A stretch of DNA of 33,584 nt, taken from the NCBI RefSeq assembly GCF_016432865.1, contig NC_067398.1:654782001-654815584 (forward strand), in the 5' to 3' direction. Under the pieces are notes generated by a model, which was given only the letters and a program-made list of their open reading frames with translations, had not been told where the DNA came from and did not search any database. A program made the translations under genes and the position numbers. How positions within the stretch are numbered: position 1 is the first letter of the stretch; each line of letters starts with the position of its first letter. Below are positions 1-10,100 of the stretch, piece after piece. The DNA is from Antechinus flavipes (Eukaryota).

Positions 1-309
1 AATTTATAAAATGGGGACAATAAAATTTACACTACCTCACAGGGTATGCGGTGAGGAGTCTTTGTCATAAAAATGTCCAGTCAAGCAAAACACATCAACC
101 TATTGGCCAATATCTAAAAATATTTTATACATTCCTAAACATATGCTTCATTCTGTACTTACTGCCCACGACCACATTTCAGACAGGCTTTTCTACTAAG
201 TTCTTTGAAGTCGTAACAGTTACTACATTGGTCAGAATGGCTGATAAATAATTATAGAAAATTCCCATGGCATTTAATCAACCTTCGTCCTTCTATATTT
301 CCCAGTATC

Positions 310-830
310 ATTCAATCAATCAACCAACACTTATTAAGCACCTATTAAGTCAGGAGTACAAGATACAGAAACAAAAGTTAATCCCTGCCTTTAAATAATT
401 TACATTCCCTGGGCCATCCCTTCTTTCTTGTAGAATTACCCTTCTTTAGTGCCTCCGACACTGCTCTCTCCCAGTTCTCTTCCCACGCCTCTGTTTCCCT
501 GTAGGATTTACTGGTGTTCCACCCCCAGATACTGGGGTTCCATTATGACAATAATAGCTGACATTTGTACATAATTCAGTGTTTGAAAAGTGCTTTACAC
601 ACATTACCTCCCGCTGTAAAATCTCAGAGGCCCTCAAAAGTCACCTACTCAATTCAGTAAGCCTTCATTAAACACCTACTATGTGCCAGGTACTGTTCTG
701 AGTGCTGAACTAATTTAGCTCATACCTAAATAGGTTATTTCCTGAAAAGTGTTCATCCAGCCTCTGTTTGAAGGCTTCCAATGACAGGGAACTCTAGCAC
801 CTTCTGAGACCATTCTCCTTTTAGATGGCT
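310..830. mobile_element. Degraded L2/MIR fragments in ZNF653 intron 1
   Basis: L2 3'-end text (ttattaagcaccta; aacacctactatgtgccagg) and MIR-type text (aagtgctttacacacatt). Confidence 0.55.
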
Positions 831-1436
831 CTTAGTGTTGGCAAGATTTTCCTTATGTTGGCCAGCCTCTCTAATTTATATGCATTTACTCTAGCTTCGC
901 TCCCCGGAGTCAAACAGGACAAGTCTAGTTCTCTTCCAACATTCATTCCTCCTGAGGCAATCTTATTCTCCAAGCAGAGGGCTCCCGAAGCCCCACGTCC
1001 CGTTCCAACCTTTCCCCAAGCGTCCCCTAAATGTCTCACCCTCACCCCCAAACACACCGGCGGCTGTCACAGGGGCGTGCCCAGCACGCCAGGAGTGCTC
1101 CGGGAGAAGCCTCCCCTGCACCGCTCCTGTGTGCACGCTGCCTGCCCATCAGGCGAGGGCTCCTCTGGGGCACGGGCCCTTTTCTGCCCTTCTCTGCGTC
1201 CCCCGTGCTCCGCCCAGTGCCTGGCACGTAGTAGGCGCTTCGTGAGTCCTAGCTGCCTCGCCTTCCTCTCCGAGGCTGTGGCCGCTCCCGGGCCCCCGGC
1301 CAGCTCGACACCGAGCTCCTGCACAAGTCTCCCGGAACCCCGCGGGGTCTGGGCCCCCTCCTTCCCCGTCTCCCTCCCGCGTGCGCCCCGGCGGTGCGCT
1401 GCCGGCTGGTCCGGGGGGGAGGGGGCCGGGCCTCAC

Positions 1437-1747
1437 CCGTGGCGTCCGCTGCGCTGNNNNNNNNNNNNNNNNNNNNNNNNNNNNNNNNNNNNNNNNNNNN
1501 NNNNNNNNNNNNNNNNNNNNNNNNNNNNNNNNNNNNNNNNNNNNNNNNNNNNNNNNNNNNNNNNNNNNNNNNNNNNNNNNNNNNNNNNNNNNNNNNGCCG
1601 CACCCGGTCAGACTCGGTGAGGCGCGGCCTGCCCCGGGCCTTACGGCCCGCCGCGCCCTCCTCGGCCGCCGCCTCCCCGCTGCCCTCGCCCTCGGCCCCA
1701 GTCTCCGTCTCGGCCTCGGCCTCGGGCTCCGGCGTCCGCTCCGCCAT
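1437..1747 (-). CDS. ZNF653: Zinc finger protein 653, coding exon 1 (AT-hook-like GRPR motif); contains an assembly gap
   Basis: ATG at 1747 gives MAERTPEPEAEAE...EEGAAGRKARGRPRLTESDRVR-[gap]-QRSGRHG, matching the recalled mammalian ZNF653 N-terminus. It ends CAC GG|GTGAGG (phase 2 donor at 1436). Synteny with ECSIT and CNN1 agrees. Confidence 0.93.
1457..1596. other. Assembly gap (140 N) inside ZNF653 exon 1
   Basis: Run of N in the GC-richest part of the island. Confidence 1.
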
Positions 1748-2398
1748 CCCCCCCCCTCCCTGGTTACAGCCTCTCCCGTTGTTAGGAACCCGACCGGAAG
1801 TGGCGACGATCATCCGCGCCCGCCGGGAAAAATTTAACCCGGCGCTCGCGAAAAAGAGCCCCCGACGCATTGAGTGCGTCTGCGCGAGCCCTGCCCCCTT
1901 CCTGGCCAGAGCGTGGACCCAATCGTCCGGAAGAAGGGAAGGTTAGAAAGGGGAGATTGGCGTGAGTGAACGAAATGCCCAAGGTCGTCCGGAGCCACTG
2001 GGATGGTGCTGCCAGCCTGGCGCACCATAGGCCAGGCCTTGGCAGGGAGGTGACAAAATTCGGGGCTGAAACAGAACTGGCAGATTATTTAGTCCCTTCG
2101 CTGCCTCCTGGCCCTTAGATAGAGGGCACTTCAGTACCGACTGGCACAAGGGTCTTTGGCCACAGTGTGGCATTCTCTCTGGTGGGCCAGATTTCTAGCG
2201 GCGTGCCGTCTTTTGGGGAGGGTGTCTTTCTCCCGCCCTCCCCTCCACACCGCTCAGGATCCATGGCTGGCTTCAGTCAGAACTCCCCTGTGTTGGGGGC
2301 CGGGGAAGGGGGAAGGGGTTGCCTCTTAAGGGCAGTGCACAGCAGGTCTGGGGACAACCACAAAATCAGAGCAGGAAGAGTCCCCAAGGATGACACTT

Positions 2399-2404
2399 TT
2401 TATT
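2399..2404 (-). terminator. Probable ECSIT polyadenylation signal AATAAA
   Basis: Plus-strand TTTATT at 2399-2404, about 195 nt past the ECSIT stop; first canonical hexamer I found downstream of the stop. Confidence 0.7.
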
Positions 2405-2599
2405 TGCTGGCTACTCAGAGGCAAACTGCTAAGCAGAGTTAATTTCGACACACTACTGGGGGAGAGAAGGGGAGGGGGCAGCTCTGCCACAGCTCCATTC
2501 TCCCCCAAGGTCCGAAGCGTCCAGCCCAGTCTCAGCTTGTCCAATAAGCCAGGACTACACCTGCAGGCGAACAAGGAACTGGTAACCAGTCTCCGACCT

Positions 2600-2880
2600 T
2601 CAGGCAAAGGCTCCGCTCTGACCTCGCCGACCGGCTGGGGCTTGGGAGGGCTCTTCCTCCTCCTTTGGAGACAGCGGCTCCCCTTGCTCGTGGCTGTGCT
2701 GGTCTTGGCGCTCCTGATGCCCGGCAAGCTGGAGTTCTGCTCCCACTGCTCCCAGGCGGAAGACCACTGGGATTCGTGCCAGTGCTGGGTTGGTGATCTG
2801 CAAGCCCTGGATCCACTTGGCCAGTGTGGCCTGATCGTGGGCTCCAGCCATACACATGGCAAATACCGGGCCTTCCTCCA
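2600..2880 (-). CDS. ECSIT: ECSIT last coding exon
   Basis: cccatag|TG GAG GAA: (V)EEGPVFAMCMAGAHDQATLAKWIQGLQITNPALARIPVVFRL...GAFA, TGA at 2602-2600. Matches the ECSIT C-terminal domain. Confidence 0.96.
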
Positions 2881-3255
2881 CTATGGGAACAGAGGGGTGC
2901 CCTGGGCTGGAGGATCCGGGAGGTCTGCCCCAATAGAACTCCTGACCCGTGCCCCGGGGCCTGAAGCTCCTCACCTCCTAGATTTCTCCCTTCCCTTCTG
3001 CTGGCTGACAAGTAGCGTTAGACCTCATTCTGGCAAGCCCTGGCAGAAGCTCAGAAACCTGGGTCTTTACCACCCCTGCCTCACCTCCCCCCAGTAAGAC
3101 TAGTTCTCCAGGTTTGAGGCCAGTGCTGTTCTCTGGGCCTAAAGTAGTACCAGGAAGGGAAAGACGATGGCAAGGGACTTCTGCCTGAAACACAAAGGGC
3201 AGTGGAGGTGGAAGCTAGAAAACCACCCTAGAGCTATGCAGAGGAATCCCAATAC

Positions 3256-3361
3256 CTTCATCCACATCAAACTCATAGTCGTCCCAGGGTCCTCGATCCA
3301 AATCCAAGTCCAGCTGCATGGGATAATAGAAGTTACTCTCTGGCTCGATCTCCTTGTTTTC
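3256..3361 (-). CDS. ECSIT: ECSIT coding exon 6 of 7
   Basis: cagcag|ENKEIEPESNFYYPMQLDLDLDRGPWDDYEFDVDE G|gtattg; 106 nt, phase 0 to 1. Not present in the ORF track. Confidence 0.94.
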
Positions 3362-3588
3362 CTGCTGGAGGCAGCATCCATGAGGCTCAGATTAAAGCCA
3401 AACCCTCACTGGTATCTCCCCCCCTCCCCCCCCAACCAGGGTTTTCAGCACAACTGTTAGAACCACCTAGTGTTACCAATACTAGGCTCAGTGCCTGGTG
3501 CCCTTGCCAGACCCCTTTTCTGCTAACACTTGACACTAGGGCACCCCCTGATCCCTCCTCCTGGCCCCTTGAAGGTTCCTCCTCTCAC

Positions 3589-3737
3589 TCTCTCCTCAGG
3601 AGGCAGCAGGTCAGCCCGAAGCACATGGTAATAAAGACACTGGTCTTGAAGCCACAATGGGAAGGGTCCTTCAACAAAAACAGGCCTAGCAGGGTTGTGC
3701 TGAGTCAAAGCAGCCTGCTGGTCAGGACTCTGGATCC
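3589..3737 (-). CDS. ECSIT: ECSIT coding exon 5 of 7
   Basis: aatcag|(G)[49 protein letters not shown]|gtgaga; 149 nt. Confidence 0.96.
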
Positions 3738-4199
3738 CTGATTTGGGGAGAGAAATGCACATATCAATTCTAGTGCTATTTCTAGCAGGTGACTTCCATC
3801 CACCCCAACCATAGCATCTTTCAGGGGTCCAGATATAAAATGAAAATTTATACTTTATCTCCAATATCCTTTCCAGTTCTACCTCTATAAAATGAAGCAC
3901 CAAGTTTTTCTGTCATCTTATGCAAAGACTCTACATAACTTGCCTCTTGAAGCTAGCTACTTCCAACTTCACTTGCTTATCTCTCTCTGGTTTTTCTCCA
4001 GAATTCATCTTAGTTTGCATCTTCAAGTACAAAAAAGATGAGGAAGTGGGCACTGTCTTATTGGTATTCTGAGGGCTCCCTGGGCCCTTTGAAAACCCTT
4101 CAGTGTCTCCTCATATACACTTTTCTTGTCTAACCTCACTTTATCTGTGGCCATAGCAGATTGGCAATACGCTATACACCCAATGGGCACAAGACATAC

Positions 4200-4251
4200 C
4201 CACAATGTGAGGCTGTGATGAATCAGCTCCAAGATCTTCTGGCCCAGGCAT
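4200..4251 (-). CDS. ECSIT: ECSIT coding exon 4 of 7 (52 nt)
   Basis: ctgtag|MPGPEDLGADSSQPHIV G|gtatgt; the QPHIVG motif is recognised and phases fit both neighbours. Confidence 0.92.
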
Positions 4252-4476
4252 CTACAGTCAGAAAATGAAAAGAGTACCAGGTACCCAGTTCCTTCCCACC
4301 CCACCCATGTTTATCCCCCAACCCATCTGAGAGACAGAGTCCAGAGGAAACATACAAGGACAATGGGATCATCAAAGGAAAAAGTCCTGGCACTTTGTCT
4401 CAGAGACAGAGACCATAAGGGCAGAAAAAGAAGAACAGAATGGCAGCAGGGAAAATGGAGTGGTCCTGGGTGCTAC

Positions 4477-4700
4477 CTGGTACACAGTGACTCTGGCACT
4501 CAAGTCAGCTGCAATACGCTCCAAACCATGCCGGGCCAGATCAACAGGGTCTTTGGGAAGTGGTTTCGGCACCGGGAAGGGATTGATGTTCTTGAATCGG
4601 GGGAACCAATATGTCAGGCGAAGATATTTGAGCATAGGGTGACTTTTTCGTCCAAAAATTTGTAGCAGCAGAAACTCGGTTTCTTTGTTTGGCATGACCC
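4477..4700 (-). CDS. ECSIT: ECSIT coding exon 3 of 7
   Basis: cacag|(G)[42 protein letters not shown]...[10 protein letters not shown]|gtagca; 224 nt. Confidence 0.97.
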
Positions 4701-4924
4701 CTGTGCTGGGCCAGAAGATAAAGTAGCAGAAAAACAGAGAAAGGCAAAGGCAGATCAGAGGTGAACTACCACACAAAGGGTAGTATCCTCCAAGTTAAGC
4801 AGGGAACTTCCTTCCCATGCCCTTCTTTGGAAGAAAGAATGATGGAATTTCAGATACAGAAAGGGCCTTAAGGTGATCTAGTCCAATCTGTGCTTGAACA
4901 AGAATCCCTCTATAAATGAATTTC

Positions 4925-5105
4925 TTAAATTTTGGAGGGGGGAGTACCCCTTTTGGAAATCTGGTGACACTAAGGCCCCCTTCTCAAAATAATGTTTTTA
5001 AATGCATAAAACTACATTCATACAATTACAAAGAAAACCAGTTATACTGAAACAGTTATCAAAATATTTAAAAAGCAAGTTCAAAGAACCTAGGTTAAGA
5101 ATATG
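4925..5105. mobile_element. Old hAT-type MITE remnant in an ECSIT intron
   Basis: aatgcataaaa...attacaaagaaaaccagttatactgaaa...cctaggttaagaa; similar to 29695-29874 in the opposite orientation. Confidence 0.45.
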
Positions 5106-5536
5106 AGTTCTATTCTATCCTTGCCATATAATTATCTAGCCTCCTCCTAAAGGTCTATGATAGGGAATTGTATCTCATGGTAGTTCTTTCCATTTCTGGA
5201 CAGCTCTGATTGCTAATAACATTTTCCTGACCTAAAGTTTAAATCTCTTCTGCCAAAGCTGGTCCTTGCCCTGGCAAAGCATCAGGCTGACCAGCCCCTT
5301 CCCAATTTGCTCTTCCATCCTCTGGGGCCAAACAGCATGAGGATAAGCTTTCTGCCACATGACTGTCCTTTAAATTCTTGCAGATAGAACATTCATCTCT
5401 CAACTCCTCAAAAAACCTTTTCTTCAGTCTTCTCAGTTAATCACTCCCAGTTCAATGAACCCCATCTAATCCCACTCCACACTGGCTAATAGCAATGCTG
5501 GGGGTGGGGAGAGATCCTCAGACTTCTCCCTCTTAC

Positions 5537-5951
5537 CATAGTTTTCCATCTGATCTAACACTTTCACGCCACACTCCTGCTGACGGGGGTAATGGTTGAA
5601 GATTTGCTGCAGTACGTTTCGAGGCACAAAGACCTCCTTGGGGAAGATGTCCAGCAGGAGGTTATAGATAGCCAGGTCACGCTCCACCCCGTACTCTGGC
5701 ATCTTTCGCAGAGCCAAGTAGATGAAGTCAACATGGCCCCGCTTTCGTACATCCCGTTGGGCAAAGGCCTTGACTGCTCTTGAAAACCCTGTTTTATCTC
5801 GCTGTCCGCCAGTAGCTTGCTCAAAGAAGTCCTCATATGGCTCCAAGGCTTTTGTAGACACTGCAGGGGGCCTCACCATAGGGACTGGCTCAGAATCTGA
5901 GGTTAGTCTCCTTGCATTGTTGTGGAAGCCCATTTGGGGCTGGGAGAAGCC
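5537..5951 (-). CDS. ECSIT: ECSIT coding exon 2 of 7
   Basis: cccacag|GFSQPQMGFH...RKRGHVDFIYLALRKMPEYGVERDLAIYNLLLDIFPKE...YPRQQECGVKVLDQMENY G|gtaaga; 415 nt. Confidence 0.97.
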
Positions 5952-6268
5952 CTGTGGGTCAACAAGAAGAATCAGAGCTGGGATTTGAGACCTTTGCCCA
6001 CCAGGAAGTCTGTTTATCGTACTTCCTTAGGGTGGGATCCCTTAGAAGAAACCCTGTTCCTTTTCTAAAGGGAAGGTAGTACAGTGAAAAGATAAATTGG
6101 ATTAGATTAAGGAATTAGGCTTCAATTGCTACGATCAGAATTGAAGCCTAATTCTTTGAATATTTAACTCTCAACCTCTCTAGGCCTTAGTTCTTTGATT
6201 TGAACCCTTGGCCTGGGGCCTGTTATCTACAAAGGGTTCTGGCTGGCTCTGGAAAAATCTCAGGTCTT

Positions 6269-6765
6269 CAGCAGGATGAATACAAAGAGGACTGGCGAGA
6301 CTTACATGAACTGATGCTAGAATGAGCAGAACCAGGAGATCATTATATACCTCAACAATGATACTGTTTGAGGATGTATTTTGATGGAAGTGGATCTCTT
6401 CGATAAAGAGAGCTAATTCAGTTTCAATTGATCAAGGATGGACAGAAGCAGCTACACCCAAAGAAAGAACACTGGGAAATGAATATAAACTGCTTGCATT
6501 TCTGTTTTTCTTCCCAGGTTATATATCTTCTGAATCCAATTCTCCCTGTGCAACAAGAGAACTGTTTGGTTCTGCACACATATATTGTATCTAGGATATA
6601 CTGTAACCTATTTAACATGTAAAGGACTGCTTGCCATCTGGGGGAGGGGGTGGAGGAAGGGAGGGGAAAAATTGGAACAGAAGTGAGTGTAAGGGATAAT
6701 GCTGTAAAAAATTACTCTGGCATAGTTCTGTCAATAAAAAGTTATTAAAAAAAAAAAAGAGAAAA
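6269..6765 (+). mobile_element. 5'-truncated marsupial L1 (ORF2 end, 3' UTR, poly-A) with target-site duplication, in an ECSIT intron
   Basis: L1 ORF2-end text (gagacttacatgaactgatgct), AATAAA and A tail; 17-bp TSD at 6252-6268 and 6766-6782 (15/17 identical). Confidence 0.88.
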
Positions 6766-7440
6766 GAAAAAACTCGGGTCTTTTCCATCTTCCCCTCTTT
6801 GAAATCCCAAGACTCCAAAATCTTTTAATAGTATTGTATAATCTCATTAACCTAGATTTTCAATATTTAAGTATCAACTTACTCTATTCTCTCTCACCCA
6901 ACATATCCAAACCATTGTCAAATTTAGCCAGGGATTCTCAGTATATCTATTAGCTCTTCCTTCTTCCCCACAATAGCCAATATCTGTATTAAGGAAAGAA
7001 TTTTCTGTCTTCAACACAAAGTCATCCCCCTTCTCCCCCGGGCAATTTTGTTTTCTCCACTTATTTCAGATTCCTATTCCAAATTTGTCCCAGGCTTTCT
7101 GAGTACACATGGCCTGAGAAGCTGTTAAATATTCAACAGGATTTGCTGAAGGAAATGCTAGCCAGGAATGGCACAAAAATTGAATAGCCCTTCTGAAGAT
7201 TACTAAGATTCCGTTTTAGAGGAAACTGAAGAAGATAAGTAAATGGGGCACAGACAAAGGAAAGTGGGTGCCTCCTCCTGTTCCCCCATTCCACTCTGGC
7301 CAATAGGACTTAAAACTGGAAGTGATGATGGTTTTGTCAACTGTAAAAGGATGGTATGGAACTTGAAGTCAAGAAAGGTTAAATAGCTTGCCCAAAGTTA
7401 GACATGTAGGTGATGCTTCTCCCTACCCCATCCCTGCTAC

Positions 7441-7557
7441 CTGTAAAAGGCAGTTTCCTTCAGGCTGCCAAGGGCTGTGCCTTGGAGCAACTCTGGAAAG
7501 GAAGTGGTGTCCCACAGAGTGATCCCAGGTTAGTATGGTCCTCCGTATGCAGTTCAT
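7441..7557 (-). CDS. ECSIT: ECSIT first coding exon (putative mitochondrial presequence); exon probably starts at 7570
   Basis: gatcag|ggccagcagcaagATG, MNCIRRTILTWDHSVGHHFLSRVAPRHSPWQPEGNCLLQ|gtagca. 39 codons, phase 0 matches the next exon, A at -3. Supported by splice logic rather than sequence similarity. Confidence 0.8.
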
Positions 7558-8049
7558 CTTGCTGCTGGCCCTGATCAGGAACTAATGGCAAAGAGATACC
7601 TGCCTAACCAATGAAAGAATATATAGTTAGCTGGCCCAGAGGATGGCCTTGGAAACCTCTCTGAACCCTCATACCCACCTCAGAACTATGAGAATGTCAA
7701 AGGTTCATCCATCTTCTCACTAACCTTGACTCCCATCTTAGGTGTACTCCTTGATTCCACTCTCACCCAACATCTCCAATAAATTGCTAAATCACTTTTA
7801 TAGTTCACAGCATCTCTCCCATATATTATATCCTTTATCTCCAATTTCCCAGTATTTTATCATTTCAAGGTTCTTATAGTTTTAAGCCTGGACTACTACA
7901 ATAACTTTCTAATTGGGGTCCTAATTCAAGTCTTTCATAAACCCAATCCATCTTCATAAAGAACAGATCTGACCGGATCACATCCCCACCCAACTCTAGA
8001 TTTCCCTGGCTTCTTATCTCCAGTATCAGATATTCAAAACTTTTCATAG

Positions 8050-8415
8050 CCTGGTGCCTTCCCAGTTTTTTTGTTTGTGTTTTTTACACTTTACTACCTC
8101 TCTGACCCAGCTACACTGTACTCATCTCCATTTCTCTAACAGGGCATTCAGGTTACTTTCCAAGCCTAAAATGCTTTTCCTCCGTCACTTCATTTTCTTG
8201 TCTTTCTTCAAGATTCAGTTCAAAGTCCCTTTCTGCAGCAGTCTTTCCCTCTGAGATACCCTCCAGTCACTCTCTGTGGCTCTGATAGGTGCCTAATTAA
8301 TTTCGTGTTGACTCCCCCATTTGAATGTATGTTCCACGCCAGCAAGGCCGGTGTTGGCTTTTCCTTGCCTCCCCGTGGGACTGCACAGTGCTTGTTACAC
8401 AAGGAGCACTTAATA
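8050..8415 (+). mobile_element. Degraded L2 fragment
   Basis: Pyrimidine-rich L2-like body ending ...cacaaggagcacttaataag. Confidence 0.5.
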
Positions 8416-8499
8416 AGCACTTGCAGACCAACTACCACACCTCTGAGAGCTTCCACCACGCCCCTCCTAGGAGGCAATCCTCCTGTAGCACCTTGCAGC

Positions 8500-9130
8500 T
8501 GGGAACAGCCTCGGCTGTGTGCTAGCTACAGGCACGTGGGTGTCCCCTAGGTCGGGCGGGGTCTCCGGGGCCCGAAGCATGTCTCTTTCTTCCTCGCCCG
8601 GGTACTGGGTTTGGGGCGGAGTCGGGGTGGTGGCGGTGAGTGAAGGGAGCGGAGGTTGAGGGTCACACGTACACATTATAAGCACACTATACATTCACAC
8701 ACAATATATACGAACACACAGGCGGGGTTCGAGTCGCTCCGCCCCTCCCCTTCCCAAACACAATCCAAGGGGAAAAGGTCACGATGTCCGCAGACCTGTG
8801 GCAGAACGCGCTCGGAGGCCGGACACGGACGCAGAGGCCAGAGCCCGGGCTAGTTCCCGAGCGGCGCGACGGTAATTCTTTCCTACCGCAATTCTCAGCT
8901 GTCTCCGGGTCTACTTGTCAGAATTGCTGGGTGCAGCCATATTGGCCATTATAGCTTCCGGGTCATAGGTTGTTGGGCTTTCTCAGAGGATATCTTCAGG
9001 ATGGGGAGCCAAAGGAAAGACGTCATTTAAAGTTCCCACCCACCATAGTTAAGGACACGTCCCCTACCCGCTTCACTCATTCTTAGCTTAGAAGGGGCTC
9101 CTGAAGTGGATCGCCGTTAGGGGCCGAGCT
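8500..9130 (-). promoter_or_regulatory. CpG island / ECSIT promoter and non-coding exon 1
   Basis: CpG-rich. YY1 motif AATATGGC (minus, 8936-8943) next to ETS/GABP CCGGAAG (minus, 8955-8961), typical of nuclear-encoded mitochondrial genes. Candidate exon 1 donor GCG|GTAGGA at 8887/8886 is uncertain. Confidence 0.8.
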
Positions 9131-9483
9131 CTTGCGAGCTGTAATCTTCCTATCTCTGCTGTTTGCACAGGCTCATTAGCCTTTAGTTTGTTCATCTGCG
9201 AAATGGGTAAAAAGTTATTCACCAAACCCAGAGAAAGGAAGGTAGGGCACGAGGAGGCTGCGTAGTGATAAGCGAGCTTCTTTCCCGGGTCATTGCTGCC
9301 AATGGACTGGGACCTATCCAACCCCAGCCCAGCTCTGATGGATCCGGAGAGATAGGGTTTCAGAATTTCGGCCTTACCTTCTTTCATTTTACAGTTGAGG
9401 AAACTGAGTCCACGAGTTGTCAAAATGAGTTGATGTTTCATAGGATTTAGAACCCTAAGTCAGCTTAGATTCTTCACCCTCTT

Positions 9484-10100
9484 CTTTTTTATTGAAGCTT
9501 TTTATTTTCAAAACGTAGGCAAGGATAATTTTTCACCATTGTCCCTTGCAAAACCTTGTGTTCCAATTCCCTCCCTTCCCCCCATCCCCTCCCTTAGATG
9601 ACAAGTAATTCAATATATGTTAAACATGGTAAAAATATATGCAAATCCAATATAGGCATACATATTTATAAAAAGGAAAAAAAATGAGAAAGAAAATACA
9701 ATTCAAGCAAATAACAAAAGCAGTGAAAATGCTAGGTTGTAATCCACACTCAGTTATCAGAGATTTCTCTCTGGGTGTAATGGCTCTCATCTTCATGAAA
9801 TCATTGGAAGTGACCTGAATCCTTCATTGTTGAGAAGAGTCACGTCCATCAGAATTGATCATCATATAATCTTGTGCCATGTACAATGATCTCCTTGTTC
9901 TGCTCATTTCACTCAGCATCAGTTCCTGTAAGTCTCTCCAGGCCTCTCTGAAATCATCCTGCAGGTTGTTTCTTACAGAATAATATTCCACAACATCCAT
10001 ATACCATAACTTATTCAGCCATTCTGCAATTGATGGGCATCCACTCAGTTTCCAGTTTTTTGCCGCTACAAAAAGGGCTGCCACAAATATTTTTGCACAT
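9484..10100 (-). mobile_element. L1 3' fragment (ORF2 C-terminus plus 3' UTR)
   Basis: ORF 9824-10111 reads CAKIFVAALFVAAKNWKLSGCPSIAEWLNKLWY...AWRDLQELMLSE, the L1 ORF2 C-terminal region; poly-T tail near 9484. Confidence 0.9.

Larger units (their letters stand above)
1050..2050. promoter_or_regulatory. CpG island / ZNF653 promoter
   Basis: Dense CpG in a CpG-depleted background. ETS motifs CCGGAAG at 1794-1800 and 1927-1933; CCAAT/ATTGG boxes at 1919-1923 and 1956-1960. Confidence 0.85.

Noticed and set aside
440-498. 59-nt exon-like segment (cag|G ETEAWEENWERAVSEALKK G|gtaatt) with the phases expected for ZNF653 exon 2
   Set aside because: No similarity to the recalled ZNF653 exon 2 peptide (KPWEQVPKKPKRKK); the true exon probably lies outside the window. 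At most a cryptic exon.
1748-1870. In-frame upstream ATGs (1870, 1813) extending ZNF653
   Set aside because: They lie among promoter motifs, and homology starts at MAER (1747).
825-1946. 373-aa plus-strand ORF, and other ORFs overlapping the ZNF653 island
   Set aside because: Antisense shadow of GC-rich ZNF653 exon 1, artificially extended through the N gap; low-complexity Pro/Ser/Ala composition.
2390-3097. 235-aa plus-strand ORF with a hydrophobic stretch
   Set aside because: Antisense to the ECSIT last exon and 3' UTR; no promoter or splice support.
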